64,000 nt of DNA from Minisyncoccia bacterium (GCA_038249055.1 JBBRWS010000001.1:14244-78243), one strand, 5' to 3'; shown: positions 1-9,536, numbered from the stretch's first letter. Translations and numbers: made by a program. The notes: generated by a model from the letters alone, not told the origin.

Positions 1-121
1 ATTTTGGAAGGATTTACTTGAAGCAGGAAGTTATGGTGAAGCACGCTCAAAAGGGAAAGTAAGAACAGAAGGCAAGGATTATATAGTGAAAAATGGGGAT
101 GTCGTAGAATTCAAAATTTAG
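1..121 (+). CDS. ychF: Ribosome-binding ATPase YchF, C-terminal fragment (TGS domain); gene starts upstream of window
   Basis: Frame 2 translates to FWKDLLEAGSYGEARSKGKVRTEGKDYIVKNGDVVEFKI-stop, typical YchF C-terminus (GKDYIV.DGDV..F). Confidence 0.55.
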   Translation, partial: FWKDLLEAGSYGEARSKGKVRTEGKDYIVKNGDVVEFKI

Positions 122-164
122 AGGTCCAACCTCGACTGATTTCGGAGGTTGTACCTCTAAATTT
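115..164. repeat. Palindromic element family A, copy A1 (reverse orientation relative to A2), ~19-20 bp arms aaatttagaggtccaacctc / gaggttgtacctctaaattt around an 11-nt asymmetric centre
   Basis: Inverted repeat read directly; shares core GAGGTCCAACCTC..GAGGTTGGACCTC with 3593-3639 and 28946-29022. Confidence 0.7.
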
Positions 165-195
165 TTTAATTTATCCTCGTAAAATTTATCAATAA

Positions 196-236
196 AAAAG
201 TCCTCGGATGAGGGAGTGATGGAAGCCACCCGGTAG
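196..236. repeat. GC-rich element family B, copy B1 (gtcctcggatgagggag..gaagccacccggt)
   Basis: GC-rich ~40-bp block in AT-rich spacer, about 80% identical to core of 16729-16767. Confidence 0.5.
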
Positions 237-293
237 GTCATTCTACTGAATGAGATATTTTTTATTGAAAAAATTTACTATGATTAAAGTCAT

Positions 294-851
294 ATGCAAA
301 ATAACTGGCTAAAAGTAATAAAGATTTTAAAAAACGATGGGGTAGTAGTGCTACCTACAGATACTTTGTACGGGTTAATTGCCAGTGCTTTTTCAAAGAA
401 AGCAATAGATAAAATATATAAAATAAAAGAAAGAGATAAAAGTAAACCTCTAATAGTTTTAATATCTAAAATTGAAGATTTAAAGAAATTTGGTATTAAA
501 GGTGATTTTTCAAAAGTATTTTTACCAAAAGTGAGTGTTTTACTTTCTAGTAGAAGTTTAAAATTTAAATATATTCATAGGGGGACTGGTGAAATAGCAT
601 TTAGGTTAATAAGTCAAAAAAATAAGAATTTATTTAATCTTGTAGAAAAAGTAGGACCAGTTGTTGCTCCTAGCGCAAATATTGAGAGCCTTAAGCCAGC
701 TGAGACAATAAAAGAAGCTCGTGGATATTTTGGGGATAATGTGGATTATTATATTAATGGAGGATTACGAAAATCTAAACCATCAACATTAATAAGAGTA
801 AAAAATGGAAACGTAGAAATATTAAGACAAGGAGAAGTAAAGATAAAATAA
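294..851 (+). CDS. tsaC: L-threonylcarbamoyladenylate synthase, YrdC/TsaC domain
   Basis: VVLPTDTLYGL motif and YrdC-like length (185 aa). Confidence 0.75.
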   Translation: MQNNWLKVIKILKNDGVVVLPTDTLYGLIASAFSKKAIDKIYKIKERDKSKPLIVLISKIEDLKKFGIKGDFSKVFLPKVSVLLSSRSLKFKYIHRGTGEIAFRLISQKNKNLFNLVEKVGPVVAPSANIESLKPAETIKEARGYFGDNVDYYINGGLRKSKPSTLIRVKNGNVEILRQGEVKIK

Positions 852-943
852 ACTCATAAATTTAATTTACATATTTTATATGTTATCTCGTATAAAATAT
901 GTATAAATAAAAAATAGGATTAAAATCTTTTTTGGTTTTAATC

Positions 944-1507
944 CTATTTTTTATTCTTTATATCTTGATGCTGTTTTTTTAATTCCATTACTTCTTCGAT
1001 GAGCTTACCCATTGTGTCTTCTATTCTTGTGAGAATCTCTTCATCTTCCTTTTCTTCTTTTTCTTCGTTCTCATCATCTTCTTGAATTTCTTCAACATCT
1101 TCCTGAATCTCATCCACATCTTTTTGAATTTCATCAACATCTTTTTCAATACCTTCCACATCTTCCTGAATCTCATCCACGTCTTTTTGAATTTCATCAA
1201 CATCTTTTTCGATACCCTCCACATCTTCCTGGATTCCTTCAACATCAAGAGCAACTGCACTCAACTTATCATCTTGACGATTAACTGACATCTGAATAAA
1301 TATAGATAAATAGATTGCCTCAAGAGATACGATTGTAGTTACTACTAAGAGTATTTTTTCAAAGGGGATTCCTAAAAAATATAATGTGAATGAAGATATA
1401 AATAATACTGTATGAATAAAAAGGGAACCAGTGGAACCCATCCACCTAGTTGCTCTAATGGAAACTTTTTCAAGCGCGTTACTTGATTTTGTGACTAATC
1501 TTCTCAT
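944..1507 (-). CDS. DUF1003-family membrane protein with acidic heptad-repeat C-terminal tail
   Basis: SLEAIYLSIFIQMSVNRQ resembles DUF1003 signature; tail DVEGIQE/DVDEIQK repeated about 9 times. Confidence 0.55.
   Translation of the reverse strand: MRRLVTKSSNALEKVSIRATRWMGSTGSLFIHTVLFISSFTLYFLGIPFEKILLVVTTIVSLEAIYLSIFIQMSVNRQDDKLSAVALDVEGIQEDVEGIEKDVDEIQKDVDEIQEDVEGIEKDVDEIQKDVDEIQEDVEEIQEDDENEEKEEKEDEEILTRIEDTMGKLIEEVMELKKQHQDIKNKK
1079..1250. repeat. Coding tandem repeat, 21-bp period with 63-bp super-period (2 full copies plus partials)
   Basis: Direct repeats ttcctgaatctcatccacatctttttgaatttcatcaacatctttttc(a/g)atacc(t/c)tccacatc; generates the spurious overlapping ORFs 1021-1260 and 1082-1288. 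Confidence 0.7.
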
Positions 1508-1673
1508 ATCCGGTGTTTATTATACACCCTAATTCTGTTATAATACAATAACTATGAATCTCGTTGGAGGATGTTATTACGGGATTGTTTATATTTTTAT
1601 TAATCATTATTAATTTAATCATACAGATTCGGTTTTTTTTGAAAGATAACGACCGAAACCTGCTTTTAGTTAT

Positions 1674-2690
1674 ATGGAAACACCAATACAAAAACCATCA
1701 TTAACACCAAGATTTTTCTTTATTTCTTTAGGTGTTCTTATAGCTCTTATAACTTCCGTTTCGTCTTTTCTTGTTTTGTATTTTGAAACTTTAAATAAGA
1801 AGTTTCCTGATGTATTAACTTCAACATATCAATATGGTTATAATTCTTACACATATGATACGATACGTTCCACATTAGCAACTCTTATAATATTTTTCCC
1901 CGTTTATTTATTATTGTCATATTACTGGAAAAAATTATCCAAGGCTGAATTAGGAATAAAAGATAATATTATTTTTAAGTGGATGATATATTTAATAATA
2001 TTTATTGCTAGTCTCGTAGTTGTTATTGATTTAGTTACACTTGTTAATTATTTTGTTTCGGGAGAAATTACAATTAGATTTATATTAAAGGTTTTAGGAG
2101 CTGCTATTCTTGCTTCTTTGGTTGGTTTTAATTATTTTTTTGAATTAAAAGATCATGTTATTTTAGATTCTAAAAGCAAAAAATCAATTATTTATGCTTC
2201 TTTTTCTATATTATTGTTTTTGGGTTTAATTATATGGAGTTTTGCAATTATGGGTAGCCCCTCACAACAACGCACCTGGAGATTAGATGATAAAAGGGTA
2301 AGTGATTTGCAGGGTATACAATATCAAATTATTAATTATTGGCAACAGAAAGAAAAATTACCAATTACATTATCCGAATTGTCGAATCCTATTTCCGGAT
2401 ATTCTGTGCCAGTTGATCCAGAATTTGAAAAAGGTTTAATTTATGAGTACAATCCTAAGGATACACTTTCATTTGAACTATGTGCTACTTTTGGGGCAGA
2501 TATACCCAAAGGATGGCAGGATTCTAATGTCACAGCATATAGAATGCAGGTTCCCATAGCAGAATACGACAAAACAACATCGTCATATCCTTATCCTGGC
2601 GGAGTTAATGAATCATGGGATCATAAAATAGGTAGAACTTGTTTTACTCGCACTATAGATAAAGATTTGTATCCACCAATAAAGAAATAA
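1674..2690 (+). CDS. Multi-pass membrane protein with C-terminal pseudopilin (GspG)-like region
   Basis: N-terminal hydrophobic helices; C-terminal LPITLSEL..PVDP..YEYNP..SFELCATF pattern reminiscent of type II secretion/type IV pilin globular domains. Confidence 0.4.
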   Translation: METPIQKPSLTPRFFFISLGVLIALITSVSSFLVLYFETLNKKFPDVLTSTYQYGYNSYTYDTIRSTLATLIIFFPVYLLLSYYWKKLSKAELGIKDNIIFKWMIYLIIFIASLVVVIDLVTLVNYFVSGEITIRFILKVLGAAILASLVGFNYFFELKDHVILDSKSKKSIIYASFSILLFLGLIIWSFAIMGSPSQQRTWRLDDKRVSDLQGIQYQIINYWQQKEKLPITLSELSNPISGYSVPVDPEFEKGLIYEYNPKDTLSFELCATFGADIPKGWQDSNVTAYRMQVPIAEYDKTTSSYPYPGGVNESWDHKIGRTCFTRTIDKDLYPPIKK

Positions 2691-2694
2691 AAAT

Positions 2695-5694
2695 ATGAAA
2701 AATTACGATCATAAAAAAATTGAAAAAAAATGGCAAAAAGAATGGGATAAAAATGGAATCTATAAGACCGTTAATGGAAAAGGTAAAAAGATGTATGTTC
2801 TTGATATGTTTCCATATCCGTCTGGAGTGGGTCTTCATGTGGGACACCCTCGTGGTTATATAAGTAGTGATGTATATGCTCGTATGAAGAGTATGCAAGG
2901 CTATAATGTGCTTCACCCTATGGGATATGATGCGTTTGGTTTACCAGCTGAACAGTATGCATTGCAACATAAAATACATCCCAGAAAAGCCGTTTTAGAA
3001 AATGTTAAGACTTTTAAGAAACAGCTTTCTATTATAGGACTTTCTTATGATTGGTCTCGAGAAGTAAATACAACTGACCCCAAATATTATAAATGGACAC
3101 AATGGATATTTCTTCAAATTTATAATTCTTGGTATGACAAAACAAAAAATAAAGCACGACCTATAAAAGAGCTTGAAATTATTTTTGAAAAAAGTGGAAA
3201 TCTAAAAGTAAATGCTAGTTGTAGTTTTGATGTAAAATTTTTTTCAGCAAAGGTGTGGTCTAGTTTTTCAAAAAAAGATAAGCAAGATATTTTAATGAAA
3301 TATCGTCTTGCTTATGAAGGACACAGTGAAGTAAATTGGTGTGAAAAAATGGGCACAGTTTTGGCAAATGATGAAATAGTAAATGATGCAAAAGGAAATC
3401 CAGTTTCAGAAAGAGGAGGATTTCCTGTTGAAAAAAAAATAATGCGTCAATGGTTTATGAGGATTACTGCATATGCAGACAGGTTACTATCTGGTCTTGA
3501 GGGGTTAGATTGGAGTGATCATATAAAAGAAATTCAGAAAAATTGGATAGGGAAAAGTGAGGGTAGTGAATTAGAATTTAAGATTTCAATTTCTTCAGAG
3601 GTCCAACCTCCGAAGTCAGTTGAGGTTGGACCTCTGAAGGTATTCACAACTCGTGCCGATACTATTTTTGGTGCGACGTATGTAGTGCTTGCGCCGGAAC
3701 ATCCTTTGGTTAATACCTTAAAATCAAATATATTAAACCAAGAGGAAGTTATTAAATATATAAAGTTAATAAAAAATAAGACTGATGAAGATCGTACTAA
3801 AAATGATAAGGAAAAAACAGGCGTAGAATTAAGGGGGGTTATGGCTATTAATCCAGCCAATGGAAAAGAAGTACCAATTTGGATAGCTGATTATGTACTC
3901 GCTACTTATGGTACAGGTGCTGTTATGGCAGTGCCCGCGCATGATGAGCGAGATTTTGAATTTGCAAAAAAATACAATTTAAATATAAAGCAGTCAGTAA
4001 TGCCAGTTTATGGGAATAGTGTTAAAGGAGAGGAATATAGATATGCTGTCTCAGCTTTTGTTAAAAGACCATCAGATGGTAAATATTTATTTATTAAGGC
4101 AAAAGAATTTAATCAAATTTCAAAAGTTTATGGTGGAATAGAAGAAGGTGAAAATCCTGTACTAGCTGGAATTCGAGAAGTTTTTGAAGAAACTGGATAT
4201 AAAACAAAATCAGTTACAGATTTTGGATTTTCAATTCAATCACATTTTCACCATCCCCATAAAAAAGTAAACCGTAAATTGATTAGTGATTTAGTAGAGT
4301 TGGAATTAATAGATGAAGAACAATATGAGGTAGACGAAGAAGAAGCATTGCTACATGAAGTAGTGTGGCTTACTCTCGATCAAGCAAAGAAATTAATCAC
4401 AAATCCAAAAGAATTATATGATTTTGAAATACGTGAGGGAAAAAAGTGTTTTACTGATGATGGTGTTTTGTGTAATTCAGACAATTTTTCGGGAATCTCT
4501 TCAGAGGCTGCTCGCATGCAAATAACAGAATTTGTTGGTGGAAAAATAGTCACAAAATATAAAATGAGAGACGCAATATTTGCACGTCAAAGATATTGGG
4601 GTGAACCAATACCGTTAAGGCATAATCTTGATGGAACTATAACTGAATTTAAAGAAAAAGATTTACCCCTTGAATTACCAAATGTTAAATCTTATGTTTC
4701 TATCGGTACAGGTGAGTCGCCACTTGCAGGTGTAAAGTCATGGGTAAAAGAAGGTTTTGAAACAAACACAATGCCAGGATGGGCAGGTTCATCTTGGTAT
4801 TTTTTAAGATACATGGACCCACTAAATTCAAAACAATTTGCATCAAAAAAGGCTATTGAATATTGGAGAGAAGTTGATATGTATGTAGGTGGACAAGAAC
4901 ATGCAACTGGACATTTACTCTACTCACGTTTTTGGAATAATTTCTTGTTTGATTTAGGTTGTGTTCCATTTAAAGAGCCATTTAAAAGATTAAAAAATCA
5001 AGGTATGATTCTTGCTACGGATGGGCGTAAAATGAGTAAACGTTGGAATAATGTTATAAATCCAGATGATATTGTTAATAATTATGGAGCTGATACATTA
5101 CGCATATATGAAATGTTCATGGGGCCATTTGAACAAAGTTTACCTTGGTCAACTGACAGCATTATTGGCTCACGTAGATTTTTAGATCGTATATACAGAA
5201 TTCAGGAGAAAGTTACAAATACAAAAAGTATTTTAGGTGTAGAAAAAATTATTCATAAGACTCTTAAAAAAGTAAGTGAAGATATTGAAAATTTTGCTTT
5301 CAATACAGCAGTATCTTCTATGATGATTTTAGTAAATGAGATTGAAAAGAGTGAATTTATTGGAAAAAATGATTTTAAAATATTTTTACAGATGCTCGCT
5401 CCTTTTGCCCCTCATATTACAGAAGAACTATGGGGTAATATAGGGGAAAAGAAATCTATTCATAAAAGTTCATGGCCTAAATGGGATAAAAAGAAAATAA
5501 TAGACGATGTGATTAAAATCGCTGTTCAAGTTAATGGAAAAGTTCGTGCTGAAATAATAATATCAAAGGACATGACAGAAGAAGAAATAAAAGATGTATC
5601 TTTGAAAGACAAAAATATAGTAAATTGGATTTTAAATAAAGAAATAAAAAGAATTATTTATGTTCCAAATAGAATTGTAAATATTGTTGTCTAG
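2695..5694 (+). CDS. leuS: Leucyl-tRNA synthetase, unusually long (999 aa) with editing domain plus an embedded Nudix domain and a small palindromic insertion
   Basis: HVGH and KMSKR class I motifs, TTRADTIFGATY editing domain entry, AHDERDFEFAKKY. Confidence 0.95.
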   Translation: MKNYDHKKIEKKWQKEWDKNGIYKTVNGKGKKMYVLDMFPYPSGVGLHVGHPRGYISSDVYARMKSMQGYNVLHPMGYDAFGLPAEQYALQHKIHPRKAVLENVKTFKKQLSIIGLSYDWSREVNTTDPKYYKWTQWIFLQIYNSWYDKTKNKARPIKELEIIFEKSGNLKVNASCSFDVKFFSAKVWSSFSKKDKQDILMKYRLAYEGHSEVNWCEKMGTVLANDEIVNDAKGNPVSERGGFPVEKKIMRQWFMRITAYADRLLSGLEGLDWSDHIKEIQKNWIGKSEGSELEFKISISSEVQPPKSVEVGPLKVFTTRADTIFGATYVVLAPEHPLVNTLKSNILNQEEVIKYIKLIKNKTDEDRTKNDKEKTGVELRGVMAINPANGKEVPIWIADYVLATYGTGAVMAVPAHDERDFEFAKKYNLNIKQSVMPVYGNSVKGEEYRYAVSAFVKRPSDGKYLFIKAKEFNQISKVYGGIEEGENPVLAGIREVFEETGYKTKSVTDFGFSIQSHFHHPHKKVNRKLISDLVELELIDEEQYEVDEEEALLHEVVWLTLDQAKKLITNPKELYDFEIREGKKCFTDDGVLCNSDNFSGISSEAARMQITEFVGGKIVTKYKMRDAIFARQRYWGEPIPLRHNLDGTITEFKEKDLPLELPNVKSYVSIGTGESPLAGVKSWVKEGFETNTMPGWAGSSWYFLRYMDPLNSKQFASKKAIEYWREVDMYVGGQEHATGHLLYSRFWNNFLFDLGCVPFKEPFKRLKNQGMILATDGRKMSKRWNNVINPDDIVNNYGADTLRIYEMFMGPFEQSLPWSTDSIIGSRRFLDRIYRIQEKVTNTKSILGVEKIIHKTLKKVSEDIENFAFNTAVSSMMILVNEIEKSEFIGKNDFKIFLQMLAPFAPHITEELWGNIGEKKSIHKSSWPKWDKKKIIDDVIKIAVQVNGKVRAEIIISKDMTEEEIKDVSLKDKNIVNWILNKEIKRIIYVPNRIVNIVV
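3593..3639. repeat. Palindromic element family A, copy A2, inserted within leuS coding sequence (18-bp perfect arms cttcagaggtccaacctc / gaggttggacctctgaag)
   Basis: Perfect inverted repeat read directly; encodes EVQPPKSVEVGPLK in LeuS, which has no counterpart in E. coli LeuS at that position (about 10 residues longer than E. coli here). Confidence 0.75.
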
Positions 5695-5775
5695 TTATAT
5701 TAATTTTCATTGTGTATAATTACTCAATCTTATTCATTACTTATCAAAAAAAAATAATTTCTATCAAAATTAGCA

Positions 5776-7464
5776 ATGGTCAATCGAATTATTACATTTC
5801 TTAATAAAGAATTTCGGGGAGTAAATGAAGCCGCCTTATTGCTTGGCGGTTTTGCTTTCCTTTCTCAGTTACTTGGGCTTATTCGAGATAGAACACTTGC
5901 TCACATAGTTGGACCAGGTCCAATGTTAGATGTCTATTATGCCGCCTTTAGAATACCAGATTTTTTATATATATCTATAGCATCTCTTGCTTCTGTTACA
6001 GTTCTGATGCCATTTTTAGTAGATAAAATAAATAACAATAGCGATACTGCAGATAAAGCACGTTCATTTATAAATAATATTTTTAGCGCTTACATGATAT
6101 TTATGGTATCTGCCAGCATAATAATTGCTATATTTATGCCATATATAGTTTCTTATATGGTTCCTGGTTTTAATGAATATCAAATTAATTTACTTATTAC
6201 AACAAGTAGAATAATGCTATTATCTCCGATTTTTATTGGACTTTCAAATTTAATCGGTACAATAACTCAGCTATTTAGAAATTTTCTTATTTTCTCTTTA
6301 TCTCCAGTTTTTTATAATGTTGGAATTCTTTTTGGAATAATATTTCTTTATCCAAGGTTTGGTATTTATGGTTTAAGTATGGGAGTTATACTAGGAGCTT
6401 TGATGCATTTTCTTATTCAAGTTCCTGTTGTTATAAAACATAATTTCTTTCCTAAATTTATTTTAAAAATTAGATGGAAAGAAATACTTCACGTTGTAAA
6501 ATTATCAGCACCAAGAACGCTGACTCTTTCTTGTAATAGTTTAGCTTTCATTTTTCTCATTGCGATGGCTTCAACTCTTAAAGAGGGTTCTATCTCTTTA
6601 TTTACTTTTGCTTTTAATCTACAATCTGTTCCTGTTGGAATTATTGGAATTTCATATTCTGTCGCGGCTTTTCCAATCTTAGTTAAATCATTTTCCATGA
6701 AAGATATGGATAATTTTATAGATCAAATAATTTTTGCTGCTAGACAGATTATATTTTGGTCTTTACCAGTTATTACTCTTTTAATAGTGCTTCGTGCTCA
6801 GATTGTACGTGTTATACTTGGTTCCAATACTTTTTCTTGGGCCGATACTCGTTTAACTGCTGCATCAGTTGCTCTGTTTGTAATTTCTCTTGCATCTCAA
6901 GGACTTGTTTTATTATTTGTTCGAGGATATTATGCTGCAGGGAATACAAAAAAACCATTATTTATAAATGTTTTTTCATCTGTAATGGTTATTGTCTTTG
7001 CTCAATTGTTAATTTATATATTTAATAATTATCCTAATGTTCTCTTAAAATTAGAATTAATTTTAAGAGTTAAAGATGTTCCCGGAACCATAATGCTCGC
7101 ATTACCACTAGCTTATGCAACAGGTTCACTTTTGAATTTCTTTTTAATCTGGTTTTTATTTAAAAAAGACTTTCTACATAATAAAAAAATAAATTTATCT
7201 TTAACTTTTATTCAAAGTTTTGCAGGAGCAGTTGTTATGGGGTCAGTCGCATATCTTTCATTGGGATTTTTTGATAATATATTTAATTTAAATACAGGTT
7301 TAGGTATTTTCCTTCAAGGATTAATATCTGGAATTATGGGTATTGCTTCTGGGGTATTTGTTTTAATTCTGTTAAAAAGCAATGAATTATTTGGTATTAT
7401 TCATGCTCTTAGAAATAAATTTTGGAGAAACAGAGTTATTGCACCAGAACAGGCGGATTTATAA
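5776..7464 (+). CDS. murJ: Lipid II flippase MurJ (MviN)
   Basis: N-terminal LSQLLGLIRDRTLAHIVG..DVYYAAFRIPDFLY, 14-TM-like profile, 562 aa. Confidence 0.85.
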   Translation: MVNRIITFLNKEFRGVNEAALLLGGFAFLSQLLGLIRDRTLAHIVGPGPMLDVYYAAFRIPDFLYISIASLASVTVLMPFLVDKINNNSDTADKARSFINNIFSAYMIFMVSASIIIAIFMPYIVSYMVPGFNEYQINLLITTSRIMLLSPIFIGLSNLIGTITQLFRNFLIFSLSPVFYNVGILFGIIFLYPRFGIYGLSMGVILGALMHFLIQVPVVIKHNFFPKFILKIRWKEILHVVKLSAPRTLTLSCNSLAFIFLIAMASTLKEGSISLFTFAFNLQSVPVGIIGISYSVAAFPILVKSFSMKDMDNFIDQIIFAARQIIFWSLPVITLLIVLRAQIVRVILGSNTFSWADTRLTAASVALFVISLASQGLVLLFVRGYYAAGNTKKPLFINVFSSVMVIVFAQLLIYIFNNYPNVLLKLELILRVKDVPGTIMLALPLAYATGSLLNFFLIWFLFKKDFLHNKKINLSLTFIQSFAGAVVMGSVAYLSLGFFDNIFNLNTGLGIFLQGLISGIMGIASGVFVLILLKSNELFGIIHALRNKFWRNRVIAPEQADL

Positions 7465-7475
7465 TTTTATAATAT

Positions 7476-7504
7476 CCCAGATAGGGCTCCAAGCCCTATC
7501 TGGG
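7476..7504 (+). terminator. Hairpin cccagataggg-ctccaag-ccctatctggg downstream of murJ
   Basis: Perfect 11-bp stem read directly. Confidence 0.55.
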
Positions 7505-7668
7505 AGTTCTTTGAATTTAAGGCTCTTTTTGGTAGTATAGATTTATGTCTCCCGTTAGAGATGTGTATGTCATAATCTACGGGATAGTTTACAATAGAAA
7601 TAAGGTTTATATTACTAAATAAAATTAATAAGATACGTCCCATATAAAGAGGGACTATCTCTAACGGG

Positions 7669-9492
7669 ATGGATATCAAATCAATTAGAAATTTTTCAAT
7701 CATTGCCCACATTGATCACGGCAAGAGTACTTTGGCTGACAGAATGATTGAAGTTACTGGTACGATTGAAAAGCGTAAAATGAAAGACCAGGTTCTAGAT
7801 TCAATGGATTTAGAAAGAGAGAGAGGAATTACTATAAAAATGCAACCTGTTCGTATGGAATATAAGTTAAAAAATGATAATTACATTTTAAACTTAATCG
7901 ATACACCTGGTCACATAGATTTCTCGTATGAAGTATCTCGTGCCCTAAAGGCTGTGGAAGGGTCTATACTCCTTGTGGATGCGACTCAGGGAGTGCAAGC
8001 ACAAACACTGACCACTTTACAAATGGCTCGTGACTCAGGGCTCGTAATCATTCCAGTGCTTTCAAAGATTGATTCTCCACTAGCCCGCGTTGATGAAATA
8101 AAAATGGAAGTTTCTATTTTATTAGACATAGATCCTGATTCTATATTACTTGTTTCTGGAAAGACTGGAGAAGGAGTAGCTTTATTACTTGAAGAAATAA
8201 TAAAAAAAATACCTTGTCCTCATGTAAATGAAAACCTTTTATTAGCAACTAATACTGGGCGTGCCTTAGTTTTTGATTTTAAATATGATAATCATAGAGG
8301 AGTTATAGTTTATATTCGGGTTGTTGACGGGGGTTTTAAAAAAGGGGAATCTCTTCTTTTTGCTGTTTCTTCAGAAAAATTTATTTCACTTGAAGTTGGA
8401 ACATTTTCTCCAGAAGAAGAGCCTCGGGATTATTTGGGTAGTGGAGAAATTGGATATATAGTTACTGGAATTAAAAAGCCAGGAATAGCATCCGTAGGAG
8501 ATACTATTACTTTTCTTAAAAAACCAATGCCACCTTTACCAGGTTATCAAAATCCTAAACCAGTAGTTTGGGCTTCTATATATCCAGAAAGTCAGGATGA
8601 TTTTCCAAATCTTAAACAAGCACTAAGCAGATTGCGTTTATCAGATTCATCTTTTTCTTATGAAGAAGAAAATTCTGGATCACTCGGTAGGGGGTATAGA
8701 TGTGGATTTTTGGGAATGCTTCATTTAGAAATTATTACAGAAAGATTAAATCGTGAATTTAATTTGGAATTAATAGTAACTATGCCTTCAATCACTTATA
8801 AAGTATTACTCCGTAACGGTGTTGAACAAATTATATATTCTCCTCATCTTTTTCCTGACGATGGAAATATTGTAAAAGTATTTGAACCGTGGGTTAACGT
8901 AAAGATTATAACCCCTTCTATTTATATAAGTTCGCTTATGCCATTTTTATATGATCATGAAGGATTAATAAAAGGCACAGATAATTTTGGAGATAATAGG
9001 TCATCTATTGATTTAGAAATGCCGTTACGCGAACTAATGCGTAATTTCTTTGATGATATGAAAAGTATTACTTCTGGTTATTCATCAATTTCTTATGAAA
9101 TAGGAGAGTATAAAGAAGCCGATGTAGTTAGACTAGATATAATTGTAGCAGATGAACCAATGGCAGCTTTTTGTAGAGTAGTATCACGTAGAAAAGTTGA
9201 AGAGGAAGCTAAGCAACAAGTTGAAAAATTGAAAGATATTATTCCAAGGCAGCAGTTTAATTTTAAAATTCAAGGCAAAGCGTTAGGTAGAATTATTTCA
9301 TCTGAATCAGTTTCTGCCTTCCGTAAAGATGTTCTTATGCATGGTAGTAAAATGGTTGGAGGAGGGGATGTGAGTCGTAAAAAGAAATTACTTGAGAAAC
9401 AAAAAAAGGGTAAAAAGAGAATGCAGGCAAATGCAAAAATAAATATATCTCATGAAGTTTTTTTGAAAATGATGAGAGGAACAAATAGTTAA
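7669..9492 (+). CDS. lepA: Elongation factor 4 (LepA)
   Basis: IAHIDHGKSTLADR G-domain, length 607 aa, LepA C-terminal domain. Confidence 0.95.
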   Translation: MDIKSIRNFSIIAHIDHGKSTLADRMIEVTGTIEKRKMKDQVLDSMDLERERGITIKMQPVRMEYKLKNDNYILNLIDTPGHIDFSYEVSRALKAVEGSILLVDATQGVQAQTLTTLQMARDSGLVIIPVLSKIDSPLARVDEIKMEVSILLDIDPDSILLVSGKTGEGVALLLEEIIKKIPCPHVNENLLLATNTGRALVFDFKYDNHRGVIVYIRVVDGGFKKGESLLFAVSSEKFISLEVGTFSPEEEPRDYLGSGEIGYIVTGIKKPGIASVGDTITFLKKPMPPLPGYQNPKPVVWASIYPESQDDFPNLKQALSRLRLSDSSFSYEEENSGSLGRGYRCGFLGMLHLEIITERLNREFNLELIVTMPSITYKVLLRNGVEQIIYSPHLFPDDGNIVKVFEPWVNVKIITPSIYISSLMPFLYDHEGLIKGTDNFGDNRSSIDLEMPLRELMRNFFDDMKSITSGYSSISYEIGEYKEADVVRLDIIVADEPMAAFCRVVSRRKVEEEAKQQVEKLKDIIPRQQFNFKIQGKALGRIISSESVSAFRKDVLMHGSKMVGGGDVSRKKKLLEKQKKGKKRMQANAKINISHEVFLKMMRGTNS

Positions 9493-9536
9493 AACTACAT
9501 AAAAACACCTATAAATAGGTGTTTTTATGTAGTTTT
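9492..9536 (+). terminator. Long hairpin aaactacataaaaacacctat / ataggtgtttttatgtagttt after lepA
   Basis: About 20-bp perfect stem followed by T-rich run. Confidence 0.7.

Noticed and set aside
47-241. 64-aa minus-strand ORF
   Set aside because: Composed almost entirely of palindromic elements A1 and B1, and it encodes the same EVQPPKSVEVGPL peptide as the leuS insert only because the element is a palindrome; no independent coding evidence.
1021-1288. Overlapping ORFs 1021-1260 (-) and 1082-1288 (+)
   Set aside because: Lie wholly inside the 21/63-bp tandem repeat of the DUF1003 gene; low-complexity translations (K/M-rich, F/N/I-rich) are repeat artefacts.
3534-3860. Antisense ORF inside leuS
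   Set aside because: Opposite strand of a well-supported essential gene; it reads through palindrome A2, which keeps the frame open.
6489-7025. ORFs 6489-6698 (-) and 6756-7025 (+) inside murJ
   Set aside because: Embedded in or out-of-frame with murJ; Cys/Ser-rich low-complexity translation.
7467-7712. 81-aa minus-strand ORF across murJ terminator and lepA leader
   Set aside because: Spans the terminator hairpin and the CCCGTTAG leader structure and overlaps the lepA start; non-coding region.
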